DNA from: Acidobacteriota bacterium | GTDB taxonomy: Bacteria; Acidobacteriota; Terriglobia; Acidiferrales; UBA7541 | Direction: 5' to 3' | Assembly (NCBI GenBank): GCA_003133505.1 | Contig: PKXT01000006.1 | Span: 1 to 33,333 of the forward strand | Length of the DNA stretch: 33,333 nt | Shown: one piece after another, positions 1-7,712 of the stretch | How the letters are laid out: every line of letters begins with the position of its first letter | How positions within the stretch are numbered: the stretch's first letter is position 1 | The notes under the pieces: model-generated | Database searches by the model: none | Seen by the model: only the letters and a program-made list of their open reading frames with translations | What the model was told of the DNA's origin: nothing | Position numbers and translations under genes: made by a program

Positions 1-416
1 CGCAGGACTTAGGAGATGTTCTGTCGAGTTTCGGGCAGTCTTGGCGAGTCACGGTTAGGCGTAAATCCCATATAAAATAAAGAATGAGTCGCGTCGAGTC
101 CCGGCCTGTCCGGGGCGAGCGCCAAACGATCAGCCACTCCAACGGTACGCGCAGGACTATGAATCCTGCGTGTAGCGAATAGAGGCGATTTAAGACGCCC
201 TTCAAAACCCCTCGCCCGTTTACTCGAGTAACCCCGAAATCGTTTGCCGTACGCCAGAGGAATCGCGGCGCTGGCCATCCTGGCCCCGAGCTCTAACGCT
301 TTACTCGTGGGCGCGGTCAAGCGATAACCGTCACCGGCAGGTGACATCGATGAGCTGGCCTGCGTCTCCGATCGGATTCCCCCACATACGTACAAAACCG
401 TACAGACATGGTTTTG
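1..416. other. Helix-rich non-coding segment; candidate structured RNA of unassigned family, continuing past the left window edge
   Basis: The only ORF here (9..395, minus) lacks the strong third-position GC bias of neighbouring genes and translates to an R/S/P-rich product that does not look like a protein. Hairpins: 150..170 (CGCAGGA / 7-nt loop / TCCTGCG), 184..199, 330..345 (GTCACC/GGTGAC), 393..416. Long-range 7-bp pairing 113..119 with 211..217. An AT-rich patch lies at 70..85. Confidence 0.3.
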
Positions 417-449
417 GGGCTGGGCTAGAATTCCCTCGCCATAGAGTTT

Positions 450-493
450 GGCGGCCAGTCACCCCCAACTACCCCTTTATTTGACTGGCCGCC
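450..493. repeat. Perfect 12-bp inverted repeat GGCGGCCAGTCA / TGACTGGCCGCC with a 20-nt spacer, followed by a 7-bp GC hairpin at 504..525
   Basis: Read directly from the sequence. It lies between the non-coding segment and the 606 gene and could be a 5' leader structure, an operator or a terminator. Confidence 0.6.
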
Positions 494-605
494 GCGAACA
501 AACGGGGCGGACGAATAGCCGCCCCGGTCCCGCCACTTAGTCCACTCGCTCCACTCACCGTCGCTTTGGCATTCACCGTGCATTTCCTTCGCTTCGGGGT
601 GAACC

Positions 606-1274
606 ATGAAAAATTTCTTGCTGGCTACAATCTTGCTCGGCATGGCGTCCGCCGCCGGTGCGCAGGGATTGAACGACTGGAATCTGGTTAACCCGGATAG
701 CGTAAAGCCTGCCGCCGAAACTACTCGGCCGCGCGCCCCAAGGCCGAAAGTAATAATCGTACCGCCGCCCACGGTCTCAGGCTCCTTCGTTACACCTCCC
801 ATCGTCGGCAAACCAATCATCCTCCAGGAGAGCACGCCCGTTCGCTTGCGCATTGCCGAGACCGTATCGTCGTCCGATGCCCACCTGAATGACAACGTCG
901 AGTTCGAGGTGCTCGAGGAGGTGAAAGCTGGCGGCGTAATTGTGATTCCCAAAGGTTCAACGGCGATTGGAACGGTGACGGAAGCGGAGCCCAAGAGACG
1001 GATGGCTCGTGGCGGGAAATTGGAGATCGCTCTGGATTTCGTCCGTCTTCCCGACGGAGAGAAAGCGGCCATCCGTGCTACGAAAGGTGGTAACGGTGGT
1101 GGTCACATCGGGGGAATGACAGTTGGAATAGTTGCGACAGCCGTGGTCTTCTGGCCCGCGGCGCCTCTTTTTCTTCTAGTCCACGGCAAGGACTTGACCA
1201 TTCCTAAAGGTACGGAATTTCCCGCCTTCGTGGATGGAGATATGCATCTCAACTCTGCTGACTTCCAGGATTGA
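606..1274 (+). CDS. Secreted hypothetical protein; the only plus-strand gene and probably host flank
   Basis: ATG start. N-terminal signal-like MKNFLLATILLGMASAAGAQG, a Pro-rich linker, a beta-rich body and a C-terminal hydrophobic segment (VGIVATAVVFWPAAPLFLLV). It is convergent with the prophage block and ends at the hairpin 1284..1300. Confidence 0.75.
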   Translation: MKNFLLATILLGMASAAGAQGLNDWNLVNPDSVKPAAETTRPRAPRPKVIIVPPPTVSGSFVTPPIVGKPIILQESTPVRLRIAETVSSSDAHLNDNVEFEVLEEVKAGGVIVIPKGSTAIGTVTEAEPKRRMARGGKLEIALDFVRLPDGEKAAIRATKGGNGGGHIGGMTVGIVATAVVFWPAAPLFLLVHGKDLTIPKGTEFPAFVDGDMHLNSADFQD

Positions 1275-1300
1275 AATAAAAAAAGCGGGGCGCGCCCGCT
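1275..1300 (-). terminator. Rho-independent terminator closing the leftward gene block; may also act on the plus-strand gene
   Basis: 6-bp GC stem AGCGGG/CCCGCT (1284..1289 with 1295..1300) and a 5-nt loop. On the minus strand it is followed by TTTTTTTATTT (1275..1283). Extra hairpins lie at 1301..1316 and 1354..1376. Confidence 0.8.
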
Positions 1301-1391
1301 GTAGCTTATGAGCTACAACGAACGACGCCCCGCGTGATTGCCGGCTGGATCGTGGCCCCGCGCTTTTAGCGGGGCCGCTGCCGGAATGGGT

Positions 1392-1688
1392 TTACCTGCA
1401 CTGATCGGGCGGCATCGGAGGACAGGTTTCCGGTGGAACTGGCGAGGTCGTCCCTGCCGGAGTCACAGGAGGTTCGGGTGGAACCGGTGAAGTCGTTCCG
1501 GGCCAGCAGCGCGGATGCGGACCGCACTTGTTGTCGCCACCATCGGTTAACGAGTGTGACGGACGGACAGCGGCATGGGTGGCAAGCCAATGGCGAGTGA
1601 ATGGAACCGCATTGGCGTGATGGACGGCAAAGCTCGCGCCCAGCGCGAGCACTGCAACTGCCAGAAACAAACGTAAGCGTGATTTCAC
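1392..1688 (-). CDS. Small secreted Pro-rich protein with a tandem 15-aa repeat
   Basis: GTG start 7 nt after GGAGGG. Signal MKSRLRLFLAVAVLALGASFAVHHANA. Repeat GTTSPVPPE occurs twice with a 45-nt period (about 1432 and 1477). Four Cys in the mature part. Confidence 0.7.
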   Translation of the reverse strand: MKSRLRLFLAVAVLALGASFAVHHANAVPFTRHWLATHAAVRPSHSLTDGGDNKCGPHPRCWPGTTSPVPPEPPVTPAGTTSPVPPETCPPMPPDQCR

Positions 1689-1757
1689 AGCTATACCCTC
1701 CGGGCAAAAAGCCCTGGTGTTGGATTTACAACTTCGGTTTAGGTCCTTCGGCGAGGA

Positions 1758-2225
1758 TTAAACTTCGCTGAGCGCAGCGGTGGGCGTGCCGACGGAATAC
1801 CAGACGCCGCCGTAGGCCGCCAGAGTGACGGAATCGCCGGCGTTCGCATACGTGGCCGTATCGTCCGCGCCATTGATCCCGTCGGCCGGCGTGGTGACGG
1901 TGTGGGCGTGCGCGGTCTTTCCGACGATAGTCATCACCAGGCCGTCGTTGCCCGGAGGCGTCGCGGAGGGAAGTCCAGAGACGGGAAGGGCGAGCGTGGC
2001 AAGGAGAGCCGTGGCCTTATCCAGAATAACGAGGCCGGGCTTTAAGGCGATGGCGCCGTTGGCGGTAAGGTGCTGGACGGTGCCGAGCATCGTGTCCAGG
2101 ATGGCCATGTTGGCGTCATGCGTTTGCGCGTGAACCTTGTCGTAATCGCCGTTTGCCGGCGAGTGCGTGGCCACCGCTACGCCGTAGGCGTTGGTTAGGC
2201 CGAGATTTGCGGTTTTGGCGGACAT
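1758..2225 (-). CDS. Hypothetical protein with a fibre-like C-terminal beta module
   Basis: 155-aa ORF. The C-terminal pattern (ALLATLALP...GLVMTIVGKTAHAHTVTT...INGADDTATYANAGDSVTLAAYGGVWYSV) has the same layout as the two repeats of the 9665..10447 fibre. Confidence 0.65.
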   Translation of the reverse strand: MSAKTANLGLTNAYGVAVATHSPANGDYDKVHAQTHDANMAILDTMLGTVQHLTANGAIALKPGLVILDKATALLATLALPVSGLPSATPPGNDGLVMTIVGKTAHAHTVTTPADGINGADDTATYANAGDSVTLAAYGGVWYSVGTPTAALSEV

Positions 2226-2242
2226 GGGAATTTCTCCTTGGG

Positions 2243-2271
2243 AATTAAAAAGGGGAGCCTGGCGGCTCCCC
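2243..2271 (-). terminator. Rho-independent terminator downstream of the 2388..2699 gene
   Basis: 8-bp stem GGGGAGCC/GGCTCCCC (2252..2259 with 2264..2271) and a 4-nt loop. On the minus strand it is followed by TTTTTAATT. Confidence 0.75.
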
Positions 2272-2387
2272 TCGGTACAACTCCGTAACCCTGTTTCCGG
2301 ACTGCACCAGCTCTCGGAGTTACGGCACTGCGTCTTTTTTAGGTTGTGTCTAATGCGAAGGAAGGTTTTGCTTCCGCTCGCAAGATC

Positions 2388-2699
2388 TTAAAAATTGGGA
2401 CCACAGCCGAGCAGATCGCACGGCTTGCACCAATAGGGAAGAGAGTTGGACTTTTTGGCGGCGACCTTTTTCGCCTTGTCCGCCTTGGCGCACGCGATAG
2501 CGCAACTGGCCGACATAGCGTGGCCTTTCGCCGTGCCAGGGCCCGAGCCCGGGCATTCATCGGATCCGGGATTCAGCACCGTGGGGCATTTCACGGACGC
2601 GCTCTGCGGACATCCACTGGTGGACTGCGCGTGCGCAAAGCCGATCGAGGCCAAAACCAAAACGAGAATTGCGAGTGCGTGAATCGTTACAGCTTTCAT
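2388..2699 (-). CDS. Small secreted Cys-rich protein
   Basis: Signal MKAVTIHALAILVLVLASIGFAHA. The mature part is about 78 aa with 10 Cys and a Lys-rich patch (KADKAKKVAAKK). SD-like GGAGAGG lies upstream and the gene has its own terminator. Confidence 0.75.
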   Translation of the reverse strand: MKAVTIHALAILVLVLASIGFAHAQSTSGCPQSASVKCPTVLNPGSDECPGSGPGTAKGHAMSASCAIACAKADKAKKVAAKKSNSLPYWCKPCDLLGCGPNF

Positions 2700-2772
2700 G
2701 GTGCCTCTCCGCGGTTGAAATTTGAAGGCGGACTTTTACGCGGCCCGCCAGCGCGATCCCAACAGGGGATGT

Positions 2773-3171
2773 CTAGCTTGGTTTCGCCGCGAGCGTGGTG
2801 CTCGTGGGGAAGTTGAGGATTCCCACCAGAGCGGTGTTGGCATCGGCGACGAGCTTGGCGATTTGCGCCTGCTCCGCGGCAGAAAGCGGATAGCCGAGCG
2901 CGGAGAATTCCTCGACCACCGAATCAGCCGAAAGGCTGACGGCCATGGATCCCTGCTGCGCGCTGGTCATATTGGGGTTCGCCGCCTGGGCCACCTGCGC
3001 GGCAGTGATGTTTTTCACAATCGGCGCGAGAACGTTCTCGACGGTGGTAAGGATCGGCAGGGCGCCGGGAATGAATGCGGCCACGTCGTTGGCCACCGCT
3101 TCGCCCTCCGGCGTGTACTTCACCAGGTCCTTGCCCACTTTTTCCAGAAAACTCAGAAACTTATTTGCCAT
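2773..3171 (-). CDS. Hypothetical protein (132 aa, Ala/Val-rich, probably helical)
   Basis: ATG start. The composition looks protein-like, whereas the antisense ORF 2722..3525 is R/G-rich. Confidence 0.65.
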   Translation of the reverse strand: MANKFLSFLEKVGKDLVKYTPEGEAVANDVAAFIPGALPILTTVENVLAPIVKNITAAQVAQAANPNMTSAQQGSMAVSLSADSVVEEFSALGYPLSAAEQAQIAKLVADANTALVGILNFPTSTTLAAKPS

Positions 3172-3189
3172 TCTTCCTCCGTTTTATTT

Positions 3190-3480
3190 TTACGCTGTCG
3201 CCGCGCCGATTTTCTCGGCGAGGATATTAAGAATTTTTCCCCAGTCGTCCGGAACCAGCCATCCCTTGTGGCTCTTGTCCAGCCCGGTGACGGTGAGGGT
3301 TTGCTTGGCGGGATCATAGACCCAGCCGAAAACCACTCCGTGAGACGTGGCCTGTCCGGTATCGGCGCCCACATCGAAACCGCTCTTGGCCGCGGCGACG
3401 ACGATCTCCGCATGTTTTTCGGGCGTGATGCCGAAGAAGACTTTGGAAATGGTGCTCTTGGAATTATCAGGTGGAGTCAT
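3190..3480 (-). CDS. Hypothetical protein (96 aa)
   Basis: I take the internal ATG at 3480 (MTPPDNSK...). The upstream part of the tracked 3190..3798 ORF overlaps the holin-like gene in another frame and is Arg-rich. Confidence 0.55.
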   Translation of the reverse strand: MTPPDNSKSTISKVFFGITPEKHAEIVVAAAKSGFDVGADTGQATSHGVVFGWVYDPAKQTLTVTGLDKSHKGWLVPDDWGKILNILAEKIGAATA

Positions 3481-3530
3481 AATGGCGCGAATGGTACCAC
3501 AAGCACCCAATTGCGCAATACATAAAACTA

Positions 3531-3818
3531 CTACCGGACCAGGGTGAGATCGGTTTGCGTGGTTTCTGTCTTCGTGACGCTTACCTGTACCACCGGGAGC
3601 GGCGACTGCTTCAGGTAGAACATCGTGTTCAAAATTCCGCCGCAGAGAAAAGTAATCCCCATCAGCCCGAACGTGCTGGCCACGCCGTGCGCGGTTTGCA
3701 GATTGAATTTCGCGCTGTCGATCATGGACGCGCCGAAGGCGGAAACCACGCTGGTTGCCCCGCCACCAATGAGCGCCGCGCCGAGTCCATGCAGCCATAT
3801 TTTCGTGTTGTTATTCAT
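3531..3818 (-). CDS. Holin-like membrane protein (95 aa, two predicted TM segments)
   Basis: Start taken at MNNNTK (ATG 3816..3818), overlapping the stop of the upstream gene. Hydrophobic segments: IWLHGLGAALIGGGATSVVSAFGA and VASTFGLMGITFLCGGILNTMFYL. It is the last gene of the lysis cassette. Confidence 0.6.
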   Translation of the reverse strand: MNNNTKIWLHGLGAALIGGGATSVVSAFGASMIDSAKFNLQTAHGVASTFGLMGITFLCGGILNTMFYLKQSPLPVVQVSVTKTETTQTDLTLVR

Positions 3819-4005
3819 CGTAGTAATCGCCGCCGGCCGGTTTCCTGCGCAGCCGTGGCAGGCTGGGATGTCCCGGCCAAACGGGAATCGCAATGGGAGC
3901 TTTGGCTGTCACTCCCTGGTAAGTGCTTCCCGGGGGCGCCGCCTGGGGAATGAAAGCGCAGCTCACCGAGCAGAGCGAAAGTAGTACGGCCGCGAGCGCC
4001 TTCAT
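3811..4005 (-). CDS. Small putative lipoprotein, possibly spanin-like
   Basis: MKALAAVLLSLCSVSC carries an imperfect lipobox and the mature part is Pro-rich. ATGA overlap with the endolysin stop. Confidence 0.5.
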   Translation of the reverse strand: MKALAAVLLSLCSVSCAFIPQAAPPGSTYQGVTAKAPIAIPVWPGHPSLPRLRRKPAGGDYYDE

Positions 4006-4436
4006 TGGTAGCGCGGAACGCGGGCGAAAACCTGATCGGCATAATCTTTATTGCCGCCGCCGTTCCAGAGCTCGAGGCCACGATGAGGATCGCCGCGCGC
4101 TTCGGAGATTTTCTTCACCAGGTGGACGCAGCCCCATTCGAGCCCTGTTGCGGGATCGCATAGCGCGGGGATCTTCCCGGGATATCCATCCTCGATCGCG
4201 CACTGGCCCATGAGCTGCATCAATCCCCAACTGATCGAGCAGCAGACTTCAAGCGTGGGCGGCAGATGTAATGGCGCAACATAGCGCACGCGGAACGCCG
4301 GCTCGTACCGCACCGCCCACGCGTTCCAGCCGGATTCCTGTTCAACCACAGCGCACACCAGCGGAGCCGCCAGCATGTGCCGGATCGCCGCGGCCTTGGC
4401 CAGGGCGATGAGATCTTCTTTTGTTGGAGGCGTCAT
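4002..4436 (-). CDS. Endolysin of the lytic transglycosylase / lysozyme-like (SLT) type
   Basis: Motifs VEQESGWN (catalytic Glu-Ser), GLMQLMG and WNGGGNKDYADQV are typical of SLT-domain enzymes. ATGA overlaps occur at both ends. Confidence 0.8.
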   Translation of the reverse strand: MTPPTKEDLIALAKAAAIRHMLAAPLVCAVVEQESGWNAWAVRYEPAFRVRYVAPLHLPPTLEVCCSISWGLMQLMGQCAIEDGYPGKIPALCDPATGLEWGCVHLVKKISEARGDPHRGLELWNGGGNKDYADQVFARVPRYQ

Positions 4437-4681
4437 TTCCCGTGCTCCTCGAAATCCATCCAGCGGATCGGAGGAGGCTCGCCAAGCTCGATGCCCTTGG
4501 CCCGGCAGATCTTGGTGAGCGCGTCGTAAATGTGGGGCAGGTGATTGGTGGCCATGTCGCGGACAAACTTCCGCTCGATCTCGCCATCGCGCATACGGCG
4601 GTAAAAGTATTTCAAGAGGAAGAGAACTTGGACGAGTAAAGCGAGGGCAAGCGGCGTTTCGTAGTTTTGAGCGGGGATCAT
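4433..4681 (-). CDS. Single-pass membrane protein, first gene of the lysis cassette (holin, antiholin or spanin-like)
   Basis: N-terminal TM segment TPLALALLVQVLFLLKYFY followed by a charged soluble tail. Translationally coupled to the endolysin. Confidence 0.5.
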   Translation of the reverse strand: MIPAQNYETPLALALLVQVLFLLKYFYRRMRDGEIERKFVRDMATNHLPHIYDALTKICRAKGIELGEPPPIRWMDFEEHGK

Positions 4682-4755
4682 GTGTCAGGCCTTTTGGTGC
4701 CCGAAGTGGCAGGGCGAGGACGCCGCGCGCAATTGGCGCAGCGCCTCGCGGATGG

Positions 4756-5166
4756 TTATATGACGGTGATGGCGAAGCCGGTGGGAGCGGGAGCGGTAAT
4801 CGTCACGGTGATCGGACTCGAAACCGGCGAGCTGCTCGTGCTGCCGTTCGCGTTCACCACATTGGCCACCACTCCGTAAATGTGGGGCCCATAAGTGGGC
4901 GTGGCAATTGTCGCGGTAACCGACAATGCCGGCGCGGCGACAGTGGCTTCCGGGACGGGGTCTTGCGCGTTGCTGATGTCTTCGACGGTGAAGCTGGGAA
5001 TGCAGTTGGTGGTCTGCGTGGCCGTACATGCCGCGCCCTGCTGCCCCGCCGGCGCGAATGTGTAATCCCAGCTCGCGTTGAGCTGACTCGCGCTCGAATC
5101 GTTGCACGCCGCCAGGCATCCCGCCAGGCAGAAAAGAGCTATTAGAGCTACATATTTGAATCTCAT
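4756..5166 (-). CDS. Lipoprotein with an Ig/Fn3-like beta body
   Basis: MRFKYVALIALFCLAGC carries the canonical lipobox L-A-G-C. The mature part is Thr/Ala/Ser-rich. Confidence 0.7.
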   Translation of the reverse strand: MRFKYVALIALFCLAGCLAACNDSSASQLNASWDYTFAPAGQQGAACTATQTTNCIPSFTVEDISNAQDPVPEATVAAPALSVTATIATPTYGPHIYGVVANVVNANGSTSSSPVSSPITVTITAPAPTGFAITVI

Positions 5167-5202
5167 CGTTGAAACCTCCAGGAGATAAGTAAATTTGAAT
5201 AT

Positions 5203-6618
5203 TTAGAGATGTGCGCCGAGCATGACGAACTGGACGTGGGTGTCATCGGCGAGGATGTGCATTCCGCCGTCAGGTTGGCGCCAGCCGAGGGGCCCGACGG
5301 GATCTCCGCCGAGAAAGCTGAAGCCGGCCGTGGCGCCGCCGGCGAGCGAATAGGGGCCGACGTCGCCGGTGCGAAGGAAGAAATCGGGCGTGGAATAGAT
5401 TGTGAAGTTGTGAGCGGACGTATCGGTATTGCGCACCAACAGAATTTCGTGGCCACTCAGCGGCGCGGCATTGCCGTTGACCGTATCGGCGGCGGTGAAG
5501 CTGAGGTTTAGCGATCCGGGCGTCACGTTGCCGGCATCCGGTCCGGGGACGATAGTAACCTGGAAATTGGTGGGAGCCGACGGAGTCCACGTGGATCCCG
5601 CTGCGGCGTCGAAGGCCGCGATGGCTGCGTCATAAGCCGCGGTATAGGTTCCCGAGCAGGACGGTCCGTAGGCGATGCAGTAATCCGGCTGGGCCATTTC
5701 GACTACCTGAGCGTCGCGCGTGGCCGCAAAGGGCAGCAGGGTAACGGGCGATCCCACTGCGCAGTTGCCATCGGGGCAAGTGGGCACGGCGAACTGCAGA
5801 TCGTGAAACGCCGTAGGATATTCGGCGAACTGGGCGCACCAGTTGGCGTCGCAGGGTTGGCCGGAATTCCACGCGGTGATGTCGGAATCCTGCAGGGACT
5901 CCTTGCCGATCCCCCAGCGCGCGCCGACCGCGTACGCCGCGATGTTATTGGAAAGAGCGATGGTGGTGGAATTGCAATTCCCGCCATAGCAATCCACCCC
6001 GACCTGCACCGGGTTGCTGCCCGGGGGAACGTTGCCGATCATGGTTTCGAGGTAGGACTGATATCCGGCCTGGGTCAATCCGTAGGTGCTTTCCTCCTGA
6101 GATTTGCACGGCGGAAAAATCTCGCCTCCGGCGCCCAGCCCGACGCGAATGAAGCCGATGCGCGAATCGCTTCCATACCTGGCGATCGTCGCATTCAGAA
6201 ATCCACTGTACGCGGATATAAAAATCGGGTTGGTGAAGTTGGGCGCGTAGCCGGTGCCGGCGTTCACCGCGCAGCTCACCATGGCGGGGAGCTGGTTGAG
6301 AACGTATGAAGGGGCGGCGGTGACGCTGAGGTTATCGGCGGTCACTCCCCAAATTACCAGAGCAGTTTTTTTGCCTGCTCCGGCCCAGGGCGCGATTGCC
6401 GTTTCCACCGTGCTCCAATCCAGAGTTCCGCTGCCGTTGTCAATGGTGGACCATGGCACGAAGATTACCTGGCCCTTCACGTTGGCCTGGGAGAGCAGGT
6501 AGCCATTCGCCGTGCTGTTGGGCGTGACCGCGTACACTCCCGTCGGATACTGGGCTCGCGCGGAGGATCCGAAAAGGGTAATCAGCAGCAGGAATGAAAA
6601 CAGGAATATTTTTCGCAT
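5203..6618 (-). CDS. Secreted two-domain protein: glycoside-hydrolase-like (TIM-barrel-like) N-domain plus a C-terminal beta-sandwich paralogous to 22474..22935
   Basis: Signal MRKIFLFSFLLLITLFGSSARA. N-domain motifs VIFVPWSTIDNGSGTLDWSTVE...GKKTALVIWG and IRVGLGAGGE resemble GH42/GH5-like barrels; this is an inference. The C-domain (5203..5588) aligns with the 153-aa secreted protein. Confidence 0.6.
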   Translation of the reverse strand: MRKIFLFSFLLLITLFGSSARAQYPTGVYAVTPNSTANGYLLSQANVKGQVIFVPWSTIDNGSGTLDWSTVETAIAPWAGAGKKTALVIWGVTADNLSVTAAPSYVLNQLPAMVSCAVNAGTGYAPNFTNPIFISAYSGFLNATIARYGSDSRIGFIRVGLGAGGEIFPPCKSQEESTYGLTQAGYQSYLETMIGNVPPGSNPVQVGVDCYGGNCNSTTIALSNNIAAYAVGARWGIGKESLQDSDITAWNSGQPCDANWCAQFAEYPTAFHDLQFAVPTCPDGNCAVGSPVTLLPFAATRDAQVVEMAQPDYCIAYGPSCSGTYTAAYDAAIAAFDAAAGSTWTPSAPTNFQVTIVPGPDAGNVTPGSLNLSFTAADTVNGNAAPLSGHEILLVRNTDTSAHNFTIYSTPDFFLRTGDVGPYSLAGGATAGFSFLGGDPVGPLGWRQPDGGMHILADDTHVQFVMLGAHL

Positions 6619-6634
6619 GGGATTCGAAAAGAGC

Positions 6635-7681
6635 TCAGGCGTTCTTCGCGCGCATGTTTACGGCGGCGGCGATGATGACCGTGGTCGGCAGGATGGGAAA
6701 GAGGTAGCGATCGATCGAGCCGTCGGAACTTATCACGCCAAACTGCGCGGCGGTGAGAGCTGACGTTCCCCAGGGCGAGCCGGTATTTGGATCCACCGGA
6801 AAGAATCCCTGGCCGTCGGCATAGGAGCTGGGCGGCACGAAGGGAATCACCGGCTCGGCTGCCGCAGTCGTTCCTGAATAGCAGGCCGCCTGGATGTAGG
6901 TCGCGGCGACATCTTCGAGATAGGTGGTGTCGTCGTCCGGAGGGATTTCGTACACCTGCTTGTAGTTGGTTCCCAGGTTGGTGCCGCCGCGCGTCCAGGT
7001 GTTGGCTGTGCCGTTGGCGTCGGGCATGCCGCACAGAATCTGTATATTGCCGAGAAAGGTGTTGCAGCTTGTTCCGCTATCGTCGCAGATGTATACGTCG
7101 TCAACGAACGCCTGAAAGTTATTGGCGTCGAAGCCGAGATCCCATGAGCTGATGGTGATGGCGCCGATCAGCGGGTTGGCGGTGTACTGGGTATCCTGGT
7201 CGGCGAGGGTAAGCCACACCGTGCCGTCCACATTAAGCTGACACTGGCCGGAGATGTGGTCGATGGCGACCTTCACTTCGATGTAATGGAAGCAGCCAAA
7301 CGGCAATGCTTGCGAGGAAGGCGAACCCAGCAGGACGTACCCGGCGCTGATGCTGCCGCGATAGAACTGGAAGTGTCCGCCGGAATCGAGGAATAGACCG
7401 ACCTGCGTCTGGCTGCTATCGAGGAATTCGCAAATGGGAATCTGGATCGAATTGTTGATCACGTTCAGGGCGAAGCCCAGAAAGTAGGTTGCCTGGGTGG
7501 GAATGTTTTTCTGGACGAAGACTGGCGCACGCCCCAGCGCGTTCGCGATCTCGAGTGCCTGCGCGCCGGTGCGCACACTGGCGGACTGAATCTGCGGATA
7601 GATGCCGGAGACGCCCACCAGGTCCCACTTCTGGCTTGGATTGGTGTAGTGATCAAAGCTGTCGCAGAAGACTAGAGCCAT
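6635..7681 (-). CDS. LamG / concanavalin-like jelly-roll protein (tail-associated, hypothetical)
   Basis: N-terminus MALVFCDSFDHY with a beta-rich body, a pattern I associate with LamG-like phage proteins. No signal peptide. Confidence 0.5.
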   Translation of the reverse strand: MALVFCDSFDHYTNPSQKWDLVGVSGIYPQIQSASVRTGAQALEIANALGRAPVFVQKNIPTQATYFLGFALNVINNSIQIPICEFLDSSQTQVGLFLDSGGHFQFYRGSISAGYVLLGSPSSQALPFGCFHYIEVKVAIDHISGQCQLNVDGTVWLTLADQDTQYTANPLIGAITISSWDLGFDANNFQAFVDDVYICDDSGTSCNTFLGNIQILCGMPDANGTANTWTRGGTNLGTNYKQVYEIPPDDDTTYLEDVAATYIQAACYSGTTAAAEPVIPFVPPSSYADGQGFFPVDPNTGSPWGTSALTAAQFGVISSDGSIDRYLFPILPTTVIIAAAVNMRAKNA

Positions 7682-7712
7682 GAGGTTGTCCTGGGGAAAA
7701 ACTGGGGGGAAA

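Noticed and set aside
113-217. A tRNA-like cloverleaf on the minus strand: a 7-bp closing helix plus a hairpin whose 7-nt loop reads UUCAUAG (a CAU anticodon-like loop).
   Set aside because: The enclosed domain is about 105 nt, has no GTTCRANNC-type T-loop and no proper D-arm. It is not a tRNA.
1-395. tmRNA (ssrA) on the minus strand. It would start GGGGGAAUCC, contains GCAAACGA and CUAAG-like strings, and lies next to a prophage.
   Set aside because: No frame gives a tag-like ORF ending in Ala-Ala-stop. The GGAUUCGAC-type 5' motif is absent and no T-arm is visible in the window. It is kept only as an unassigned structured region.
3481-3798. N-terminal extension of the 3190..3798 ORF (202 aa). 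Similar upstream extensions exist at 7713..9689 and 26207..27430.
   Set aside because: The extensions overlap upstream genes in another frame and are Arg-rich. Internal ATGs (3480, 9656, 27403) give compact junctions and sensible N-termini.
5203-5588. Diversity-generating retroelement, with the two paralogous beta-sandwich segments (5203..5588 and 22474..22830) as template and variable repeats.
   Set aside because: Similarity is only at protein level (about 35-40%), not near-identical DNA with adenine-specific differences, and no reverse transcriptase is present in the window.
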